Shown piece by piece: positions 24,795-36,700 of a DNA stretch of 64,000 bases. A program made the position numbers and the translations under genes. Origin of the DNA: Phallusia mammillata (lineage: Eukaryota); NCBI GenBank assembly GCA_965637545.1, contig OZ281494.1, positions 28,830,001 through 28,894,000 of the forward strand. Direction: 5' to 3'. The notes beneath the pieces were generated by a model. That model made no database searches and was not told where the DNA came from. It saw nothing but the letters and a program-made list of their open reading frames with translations. Each line of letters begins with the position of its first letter. Position 1 is the first letter of the stretch.

Positions 24795-27700
24795 TCAAAT
24801 CCTCTGCAGAACTTTAAGGCCTTTAAACAACACCTCCGGGTGAATGGTGGCAAAATACTGATGTTTTAAGAAGGAAACAGGCAACAAGCGCTCTCCGGGA
24901 GTTAGCACCGCTAAACTGTTAACCAGCTTTGCCTGTTCCATCTCAATCCAAAGCTCTAATGCGGAGTAGGGGCTCACATCGTCGACTCCAACATCCTCCA
25001 AGTCCTCCGGACCCCAGAGAGCGCACTGGACGACATCAATCGCTTCCTGAATCCCAGGAGGAGGACCTGACTCCAGGAAGTGGATGAGGTGCTTGATTGC
25101 AGATGAAAATTTCGTTCCCGGGACAACAACCCTGGAAACGGTGGATGCCGCTGAGTTTCGGTCTCCGGGTCTCCCTAAACCTGCACTTGAGACTAAGCAT
25201 CCGTTCTGAAGAAGTTTTTTGATAAGGCGTGCGACCTGTTGAGTATGAGTTAACCGTCGCGGAGGAGGATTGGAATCAGAGTCGGAGCTCTGGTAAGCGT
25301 CCAAGACTTTGTTGACATCCCTGCGATCCGGAGGAGCATCGGAATCGCTCCAGTCGAGATGTGGAAGAATCTGAAGGAATCCGCGCTCCTCCGTGATGAC
25401 TAGGTGCTCCGAGCTGACGCTGGGAAGATCGAACCCGGATGAGAGGAGATGCCGCATTCCCTGGAGGAGCTGCAGCACCGTGATGAGGACTTGCCGATGG
25501 TATTCGGTCGGTTCTTCCTTTGCAACCACGCGGTCCAAGTGTTCCTATGTATAAGGTATGTCAGAAGTTAGAAACACAGAAAAATAATGTAGGTGTTGAA
25601 TTTCCACATCCTCATTCATTTCGTCCAAAACAAATCACTGTTTCAATATTTTCGGTTGCAAGGCTTCTTAACGTTCTTACCCATGGCAAACTTTTTTTTG
25701 TACGATTTAAGTCTGCACCACTCACTTATATTAATAAAAAACTCTTACAGTTGGGCCAGTACGGTGTGGCTATGCTTCAAAACACATCCCTAAGTAAGTT
25801 GCAAGCCACAATGTCAACACAAAAACAACCCGAAAATGCCACTTTTTTCCAACCGACCTGCATGGACTGGTAAGGTCTGCTGGAGAGAACCACGCAAAGA
25901 GCATCAGCAGCACCACCACGGGAGTTGGGGTCAAGGAGGGATCTTGGTACTCGACAAGGGAAATGACTGCAGACTCCACACGTATTGGGATGAGCCGGAA
26001 GAGATGCGCAACTTTCTAGTCTTCGAACCATCGGGTCATCCACATCAAGTTGGTCATACAACTGTGGAAGTGTTTTTTTAATTTTGTTTTTTAACTTTAA
26101 GGCTATGATGAAAGACGGAAAGAAAATGATTCGCTTCGGCAAATGCCTTTCGAGTACGTTTCTGAGCCTTGTTGTATTGATTTGTAGAGTAAACTATTTC
26201 TTGCAGTTGTACAAATCTAGTAGGTATTTTACCTACATTAAGCTTAATAAATGTTTTCAATACTTTTAGAGGACATTACCCCAGTATTGTAAACTATTTC
26301 AACCTACATTATGCTTGTAAGTGTTTTCGATACTTTTAAATCGACGATTATTTTCAGTTACAGAGTGGAGTTAAGGAACGAAGGTGTATGCTACCAAATG
26401 TCTTATGAACGACAAATCAAGTTATTGACTGTTTTTATGGAACACACAGATGGCTTTTTAATGGTGCACTGGACAAATCCAAACGGTTGTTGTAGTGCGT
26501 TTTCAAAGGATCCACAAGTTACACAGTCGGTATGTAGTGTTGTTTTAATGGTGGTCTACTTTAGGTTACACAGGTATTCCTTTCAAATTTGATGCTTATA
26601 CGAACCTGACAAGCCAGTTTAAACTGGTTATTCCCGGTTGATATCGAGCTATACACGACACTGTTGCCAATCATGCAAAGTGGTCTGTGGCTTTCAAGTG
26701 CAACGTCAGACCAAGAAGTGATAAGGAATCCACCAACTGGAAGTTTGTTTCTCCATTCGGACAACCATCTTTCCGTAACCTATACAGAAAGTTGCCACAT
26801 GTTATTGGAACATATTTACCTGAGTTTGGGAAAAACTCAATGGCATGACCGATAAAGTAAAATACGGATGACCATTGAAAGGTAATAAACCAATATGTTT
26901 AGGCTATGCTTGAAGTTGAAACAATTATTATTATTTTTAGTAAAAGTTAAGTAAAATTCAAACCAGACAAGCTTACCCATTACAGAGCAAAGTTTACACA
27001 TACACTTGCCCTGGCCAATTTCAAAGACTCATCAGTTACAGGCTACTTGCAGCGTTTAATACTACGGCATTGGTTCTGTATAGTTTGTTGCCAAATGATA
27101 GTATGCTACCCCCAAAGATTTGATTTGGGGTCTATGGAAACATGTCACTTGCTACCCGCAGAAAAGAAACATTACCTTGCGTAACGTCTGGGCGTTCAAA
27201 GACACCAGGGTTTTGTATTTCTTTCTTTGATGTGTTTGGTAAGCAAGGTCCACTGGAGCGGTTTGTCTCCTGCTTTGCTTCTGATTCTTCCTGCGGTGTG
27301 GAGCCAGCTTAGAAGGTCGCTTTCTGAAGGATAAAATTGTCGTTTTATGTTTTATATCTCTCCTAACTAGCAGACTAATGTGGTCAGTGCTATAAACATA
27401 TGCCCCAAATTATGAAAACATGTGAAGTTGTAGTATCAGTTATGGGAAAGCCTGAATTAAAATGATTTGTTTGGAGTTGACTATTCTGAAGATTTGCGTT
27501 ATCAAATTAGAGCTTTTGTGCGAATATTAACAAGAATAGCTGAAAAGCGCAGGACAAAGTTAAAATCATTGAAATTGTGATTACGTTTCAGGTTGTACGC
27601 TTTTCGGTGTCCCGTCCTCGTTAATATTGTAGTAAGTGTTCGGTCCCTCTGCAGCTGTTTCCGCGAAAATGCTTGGATCCGATTTCGACCTCCGTGGCGA

Positions 27701-30700
27701 CACCACGCGGACAGGACGACGTGGGGAAATCGAGTCACGCAGGCTTCCTTTGAGTTTTGCAAACGGGCTGCGTTTCATTGCCGATCTGTAATAAGATTGT
27801 GAAGGGATGTTAAACTTGCACACATGTACATAGTCGATTTTCGTAGAAAAAAGGTTGCGATTGCACCTTAGTTTAATGGTTTCTCATAGCATGCCGTATC
27901 GCAGTCCTCTTTAACCTGGGTGCACTGTGAACCACAGGGTACACCACACCAGTCATCAGGGCTGCACAGAGGCTCACCAAAAATATTTGCATTTTAGTAG
28001 CCTAATGCAAATATTTGCATTTTAGTAGCTAGTGTCTGTAAACGGGCCTAAAGCCACTTAACTGATAGCCTACCTTACATCAATCACAGGGACGTATTGG
28101 ATCGTAGTATCGGTTAAAAATGGTGCATGGGAGGAATACAGGTTTAAGAGCACTGTCGTTGCCTACTTGTTGCGGTTTGGTTGTAACTTATCGTATCGTT
28201 TAATATTTGAGTGCATTTTTTACGAAAGATATAGGAGCCTTGTAGGTCGAAACAGTGTAGGCTACACTGTTTGCAGCTTAATATTTATTGGCTTGATGCT
28301 TTCATGTAAAAAAAAACAGTCCCTTGCAATTAATGGATCCAACATGCTTTAACCTTCCAACCTTCTAGAGCTTTAACAAGCTACAAACATAAGAAATAAG
28401 AGTCATATTGCCTAAACCCTAAACAACGGTTTAATATAACCGTGACCTGAACTATGCGCGACACATTTCAAGCGAGCCACAAAGTCACTTCTAATCCACT
28501 TCCAATTGCTTGTGCACAAACAACCAGTCGAAATAGGCCACCAAAAGATTTCAATGAATATATCCGTCTACAGACAACACATAAATCGCCCAAAATCCCG
28601 GCGTGTCGCGACCTCAAATCCAGCCACGTTCTTGCCATATATGGCATCGATTCAACAGGTGATGGCATTGGAGCTGGTCTCCAGTCTAAAACGGGAAACC
28701 GTAAAACGTGGGGTTGTGTGAAAGTTAATTTGCTTTCTGGTAAACATAGCTGGAAATTGGGGTACGGGTGCGGTAGTTTACCACAAGGCGCGTTGGTATG
28801 CTAAGCATAAAGTTGCAGAATTAACGTGTTGTTGGTTGTTAACGCTGGAAGCTTGAAGGCTACTTATCAAGAGGGCTTATACCAAACCCAAACTGCTTAT
28901 GAATATGAATGTAGGCCTAGGCCTAGTGAGACGCAGTTTTGTAATTCCATGGGGTAATAGGCCTTAGCTTACTTTTGCATTGAAGTTTTCCAACACTAGC
29001 CTATACACGTTTAACAATACCATTGGTTTTCAATAGTCTGAAATAAATTTAATTTAATGATAAACCAACAAGATTAATGAGTAAAATAACGGCCCAATCA
29101 GACGTAAAAGGCGACATGCTTTATTATTCAAACGTTTCGGCAAATGCTCGTGCCATCATCAGTGATATGAGGAGCCACATCAATTACACAGTTAAAACCA
29201 CCACACTTTCCTCATTAAACTTATGAACAGGTCCGTGTATAGTGTATATAAAACTAAAAGTTAGAATCAATTGATTGAGCAGTATCTGACCCTCTGACAG
29301 GTTACCAAAGTTTGCTGCAAAATCCTGTGATTAAAACTGGGATAAGTGCCGATACCCAAGACAGCGAGCAATCTGTTTCGTTACTTTGCAACAACAAGCA
29401 CAGGTCGGCAACACAAACGGAGGCATTCTCGTGTTACCGCAGCGCACGGAACCCGAAACTGTAATGAATTCACATCTTCATCGATTTTTCTTTAAAAAAA
29501 ACATCTACCGCAACTTTTTGCTGGATATAATTTATGGTAATTTTTTTTTAGATTAAATTCCTCAAATATAAATAATTTGAACAGGTTTTTTCCAGTTACT
29601 GACCTTACACGTCGTACTGAGCTTTTGATTAAAATCGGGTGGCTTGTTCTACCAATAACCTTACACATTTCGCACTACCAAGCGGAAGCGTCAAATGCGA
29701 AACTTTTGACTTGTATTTTAGAACTAAATCTAATCCGATTTTTTTGTTTTAAACCGCAACCTATCAATTTGCATCAAAAACTCAACCCGATGTCGTCTTT
29801 GCATATCTCATAAGTTGTGTGCTGAAGTCAGAGTTTTCTGGGCTAGACACTCAGTATCGTTTTTGCCGCATTTTCAGCACTTTTAGGACTGAATCAGCTT
29901 TGTTTTTGAAACGGTCAGTTTCGAACACCACTTGAGGCCTGCTTACAACTCTGGCTGACGCTTTACAATAAGTTTCCTCTCACCTTAGTCCTGGCGTTCC
30001 GCTGTCCACGTCCGATTGGACTCCAGTTGAGCTGTCAGCGTCAGAGGCCAGAACGCTAGTGGCAGTGTCAGAGTCGTATTCTCTGTTCGCTAGCAGGTTC
30101 CGTCGAAGTATCGGACCGCTCTTGAGGAACTGCTGCTGGCGCAAAGATCGTGATTTTCCTCCTGCTGAATCACCTTGCGAGATCTAAAAATGAAAATGTT
30201 TACGTTTGAAATGGCGTGTTGTACGGTTATTGACTTTGCGAATCGATAACGAATACACAAAATCCCATCAGAACCCTATCCTGAATTGTGATGTACAAAC
30301 TTAACCTCAGTCAATATTCTGTTGTTGATTGATGTAGCAAAGACACCAAAAGACAATATAGCACCAATATAATCATAGTAGGCTTTAAAAAACGATTTTA
30401 GCGGTGGAAAACAAAAACTTTAATTGCGCAAAACAAACAGTGGGCATTCAAACATATTCCCATGACACAGCTAACGGAAGTGATTAACTCGCCGGGCAAT
30501 TATGAACGTCCGACATACGAGCTTACACGGTTTCGTTGCAAGCTTAGAAGCAGCGGATTGAGATCAGGCGCATGATTTCCGTCTCTGCTCATCTTTGATT
30601 GTGTGCCATGGGGCAATGGATGTCAATCACACAACAGCTTTTCGAGTCCCGCCATGAAAGGTTTCGAGGTACTTATAAAGGTCGCAGTGGTTTGCACACT

Positions 30701-33700
30701 GTATTTTATTTGAACGTGTTGCAAAGTGATTGGTTTGCCTCGATTTCACGACACAAGGCGCCAAACAGATTCATGTATAAAGTTTTTAGAGAAGCACCGA
30801 TTGAAGTCCTTTCTGTTGTCCAAGTTTGCAAGTGTTTTACTGAAGTAAACTGATTTTGCTTATGGGTAAACCCCTGGGTCATATAGGGTCTAACTTTGGG
30901 AGGATCAATTTGGAAAACTATTTAACATGTGTGTAAGTTTAAAACTCTTTCTTGGGCAAACTTCTGGATCAAACCAGCTTTTGACAGAAATTTGTATTTA
31001 CTGTCCAAAGGGTGGTCCTCAAACCAGGCGTAAAAATCGACACTCTCTTATACCGGGCATTATGTTTACGACTAATGCTTCGGCCATCACCAATACAACT
31101 TATTAAAACTAAGCGCCACAAGCCGGTCGCATTAGAGCATCTCCGCAGTGTATTTTCGAACCACTTAACGCTAAACAAACTTAACATGGACTTTAACGTG
31201 AAACTGTCGTGAGATAAGTTTTTCCTAAGCACTGAAAATTTGGAAAATCCAACCACGACATGGTTTAGTCAACAGCTGACTGTGGATTGTGAACACAACA
31301 TGAATTCTAGCTCCAGAGCAAGGCAAAGTAATTACCGACCGAATTAACATTCCGAAGGTCATTTGTAAGACATGTGACACCAGTAACGTGCCACTTATGA
31401 AATGTTAAGTGGAGTCTATAGGCCGAGATCATTGTAAAAGTTGCATAATCAGAAACTGTCTGTTCAGGTTTACTGACTGGTTTATTTCTAATGCAATAAT
31501 TAAAATTTGGGCTTTTCCCAATTGATATTAATATGAGGCTAAACAAGAAAACGGCCATGTTACACTGAAATGTTAATGAAACATTATATTCTGGGAAAAT
31601 CCATAAGTTTTATTATTAAAACGCTGTTTGCTATCAGAGCATTATAGGAGCATTATAGGAAAGTGAACACAATAAAGACTAAAAGTAGTATGTGCAAAAA
31701 CAAGCGGTGAACCATTAAACCATCAATTGTAGGCGGTCGCATCATTTTAAAAACATGTATAGGCCTGATCTGCTGCCAAAGTTTGCATGTAGCCTAGTTA
31801 CACAACACTAATTTTGAGAATTAGTTTACAACGCTACCGAGTAAATTTTAACCAGTCCAAGCACTTACATCAGTCTTGGATTGTCGTTCAGAGTCGGAAC
31901 TGGGCAAGGAATTGCTGAAACTACTTTTTCTGCTTGAAGGTCGGGCGGGTTTCTGGGGTGCCAGGAATGCTCTGTTTGACCCTAATACATAAAAAAAATA
32001 CAGTTACCCAATCCTGTTGATTTAAACGTGGACACTTTTTTGACTCTTTTTTTATTTTTATATGTTCGAAATTTACTGATGCATCAAATACTTTTCCACC
32101 TACCAAGATTTCCGTATGGTTCGTTCGCCCGCTTTCCGCTAGGTGTTCTGTTGTCAGGGAGCACGCCCTCTGACGAGCTACCAGTGCTCTGGTCACCATG
32201 GGAACGCGAAACGGTGGACATCTTTTTCGAACGGTGCGAAGGAGGTGACCGCATGGGCTTGTTGCCCTTTGAGGGTGAACTTGTTGTATGTCTGCAACGA
32301 AGATAAGTTATATGCTTATTTGTTTGGTATTGGTTTAACAGTAACTAGGACAGTTTGGCAAAATATCGTTTCAATGATTTCTGTAAATTACACAAAATAG
32401 CAAGACGCCAATATAAAATGTTAAACGACGCCTTATATTATAAAGGAACAATACACAGAGATGGATGAAAAAAAAATCAGTTCTAAACATCACAAGGTTT
32501 TTATAGCAACACAGTGCATCACCATTTCTTCCATACAAATATTTAATCTCCACACAATGGACAAATAGACAAAATTTTCGTGTGTAAAATATTGGCACGG
32601 GTTTTACATGAGCGTCGTCACTGTTGATAGCATCAACTTTTTTCACGAAAGCGGTGATAAAATCTCGTGTTCGATGTTGCACAACAAGCAAATCGTTGTC
32701 CCGCGCAACTTCAAACCGCCGAACAATCAATAGAGAAAAGCCTTTATGTTGCTATTTCGCATATATTTCGAACTTTTTTGCATGTTAAAGTGTACGCCTA
32801 TATGTAGAGCTACGCTATAAAGAAGCTTAAATTGCGGCTATAATGGCGTTATGTTTAGGAGCCAAAATTTTCCCTAACTCTGTCTCAATTGTAGAGTACT
32901 GCATGGCTCACTGGTTGAGAAACACTGGCCAATACTTTTGCGTACATGTTGAATGAAACACTTAGGAAAGCCATATCCCTAAGCGCTTTAACTTCTTGTG
33001 AAATTAAAGTTTAAACAAATTCAGCACCAAACATGAAACAGAGGTTTAAATATTAAAGTGGCCCTATGCATATATTTACCAGTAAGATTCTAAAAAGCAT
33101 AGCAAAAAAATGGACTACAACTTCATTAAAAACACATGGACCATGATAAAGTAGTTCTGTGTTGATGAAAGATGAACTGAGACGTGTTTACCACCCTTTT
33201 TGACACCTCACTTAAACAAGGCTTACGTTAAAGTTTTGCTTCTTGCTCAGTGTGCCATTGCCCAGCCCTGTTTTACAACAAGCTGACGCACAAAACCACA
33301 AAAACAAGATAAAGCGCAACAGCTCAGGCGTTCCATCAAATGCCGTCACGCCAAAGCATACAGCCCTTAAGTAGGCAGCGTGTCCCAGTGCCATGGATGA
33401 CATGGCTCATTCACTCAGGCTTAACCAAATCCTTACCCAGCTTTGGGGCTCGGGCGACTGGGTCTCTGTTGGGGTGGGTTGGGTCGCGGTGGGTTCCACT
33501 GTTCTTTTTCTGATACCTCGTCGCCCTTGTACGCCAGAATGGTTGTGAGGGCTTCCGTGGAGTCGGAAAGGTCAACGCCTGCAAACAGGAGTGTTGCTGT
33601 TTAAATTTTGAATAATGTTAAAGGATAACCGAAAAACATATCGTACTGGTACAAATGGGACACAATTTGATAAGGGGACTCGTACAAATTAATACAACGT

Positions 33701-36700
33701 GATCGTCACCTTAAAAATGACTCGATTTTGTCTGGTTTCAAGCAACTGAGACGCAAATGAACGCATGGAACCTTAGTTTTTTTTTACAAATAATGCCAAA
33801 TTTTCTTTCTGTTGACTTTTCAAACAGTTCTCTTGATTTGGTATTTTGACTCTTCTAGCTGACAAAGAAAGTTGGATCGCCCTTTATGCAATTAAATACA
33901 AATCGATAATACAACAAATGCGTTGAATACCTGATTTCTTTTTCTACCCCTAACATTCCAACAACATTATCGTTACCCCGAAGTGGAGTATACGTCTGAT
34001 TCGTAACATAGAGAAACGTAAAAATGTGCTAATGTCGTATTCATGACAAAGTTGTACGTAAGAAAACTTTTTTGTATTCCTGTCAAAGAGTTTTTTTTAG
34101 TCCCGAAAAACATCGCAACAACAGTCCAGGGTAAAAACAATAAATCACTCGTGCCTGAAATTGACCCATAATCCGGCTTAAACCGGTTCAAACCGCCTCA
34201 TAGCCGCCAGTCGAGACGGGCACAATTCATGCAGAAAGCATAGTAGTGAGAGGCTATGCGGGAAAATTGCTGGGATTATGGGGTGAAACTGGTAACTTGA
34301 TCTCATGTCAAAAATCCCATCTAATGTTTGAGATGTGAATGCGTGCAAATATGAACTGAAACGTGACAAGATTAGAATTTTGATAAGGACGTTGACTGGT
34401 AAATGAAAAGTTGCGAACAACACTTTCTGTGTCTCATAAGTGTTTTTAACAAAGTGCGTCGCTGCGCTTCAGTTTTTACCCCACAGTGTTATTTTAACTT
34501 GTGGAGAACATATACTGGTATATCTTTAACATATAACAGGTGCGTTTTAACGTATTTGCAGAGATACCATTGATTACATTACTTGTTCCCAACACTTCAA
34601 ATTGTATTCCAAAAAGTTGTTTTACGACGTAAAAGGTAAATTCAGCATGTCTAGAAAAATATTATCGATATTTTAATACAAAATGACTGGCTACCTTAAA
34701 TGTCACGTAAAATTAAATTTGTTTACACTGCACCTTTATAACCTAAGAAAAAACAACTTATCTACTGACAGAGGTATACACATTACATAATATTTTAGTT
34801 ATTTCGCGTTCTGAGTGATCTGTAACTTCAAACTTGATTCATTTTAAGATAGGCCTACCATACGTCCTCTTTTTGGAGGACATGTCCTCCTTTATAACAA
34901 AAAACAAGTTGTCCTCCGAGGACAACAAAAAGTGCCCAAATGTTCTCATTTTAAAAGAATTTCTGATTTACCAAAAATACATATGTGACAATTACGCCTT
35001 TGTAAACAAATATACATATTTAGCTTATTTCTTAAAGAATACAGGTGGATTTTTGTGAAAATACAAGCTTATTTTATGTGATAAACGTGAAACTTTATCC
35101 AAACTGTTCCATGCCGTCTAATTTCTGAAGCTTTTAATTTTTGGGGGGTCCCTAAATTATTTTTTCATGTTCTTTTTAACAATGCGTCCTCCTTTTGGGG
35201 GATGGAAATATGGTAGGCCTATTCTAAGACGCATTTGAACATCCGAACTGTAAGGCCTTTTGGTAATTTGTAAAAACAAATAACCCGATCTACAGCTGGC
35301 TTAGTGTTTTTTTTTCATGTTTATTTACAGTAAACTTCAAAATACCACACAACAGTGTAGATTTAGGTATTTACTTCATTATGGCTGCAGGGCTGTGGTT
35401 TACACTAGAAAGGAAATGCGTTGTTTTAACCGCATTTTTACCTCAGTACCGTAGTAAACTTGCGCTTTTCTGGTCACATTAGTAACGTTCAATTTCCACC
35501 AATAGTTTTGCCCTGTAGTCAACTACACTTAAAATCATTACAATTTATGGTAACGATGCAATAATCGGAAATGTGTTGCGTCTAAGTATCATCCCAATAA
35601 TTACTTCATACTGCTGCTGAACAATATGTTATGTGACATGAAGCAACATGTAAAGACAAATCAATCTACTTATTCTCATTAAAATTTACTATAAATTTGT
35701 AAACAACTTGGCATTGATAGTTACAGCGTTAATACTGTAGCAGGGTTAGTTGAAATCTGAAATTACCTTTACCGAGAGGAACATGGACGATGTCGTTATC
35801 CTCTTCTTCCTCATCCTGATCCTTCTTGTTGCGGAGGAGCCTCTTGAAGAAACTTACGGGATTCCTACCACGTCCTCCGCTTCCCTCATCTCTTCTATCT
35901 CTCGATTTCGACCTTGAGGCTCGCTTCCGGGAGCTGCTCCTGCTCCTCCGGAAGAAACTCCTCCCACCCCGCTCTTCTTCTGCATCCTCCTGTTCTCCGA
36001 TGTCAATCTCACGAGCCTCAAGTCCCTTGGGATTTGATCGCTCCTGAGATTTTGCTCGGCGACTGGAGCTGCAAAGGTTGTGAAAAATATGCTTGGAAAA
36101 TATTTCATTTTCTGGTGATGAATTTTTACACTTCAAAGCTGAATCAAACGCGATTGGTTGAAAATTTTTGTACCAAGATTTACTTTCAATCTGTGTTACG
36201 ACAGATTCAAACGTTCTTGAGCATGTTAAATACGGTACATGCATATATTAGCATATATTTAAGTCAGCTACGAATCATTGAAACCGTAACAAAACAATTT
36301 GACCTAATTAAAGGCAATTTCACAGGTACATTTGTTTTAGTTTCATTCCAGGAGTCAAAAAATGTTCAAAGATTGAATCGACCAACACTTTAGCAATGAA
36401 ACACATGTTCTACAACCAGGATCGAGACATCGGCCTATATTGCAAAGTTTCATGCTAAAACTATCAACAAAACACCAACCTTCCCCATTTTCGTTCTTTT
36501 GACTTTGATCTCGTCGGAGATCGATCTTGAGACTTCGATCTTCTCCATCGTGATGACATCCTCGATTTGTTCTTTTCAGGTTCCGTGGCCTGATCCGTAG
36601 AATCGTCCTCCGGTTCGGATGCCTTGGACCTCCGGAAGGATGATCTCAGTTTCGATGCTCTTCCTCGTCTCTCAACCAAACGCTGGGAAGCCGATCGAGG

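Noticed and set aside
28454-28804. 116-aa antisense ORF in a pseudokinase intron
   Set aside because: No domain motif or splice signals; length is within chance for a locally GC-richer patch.
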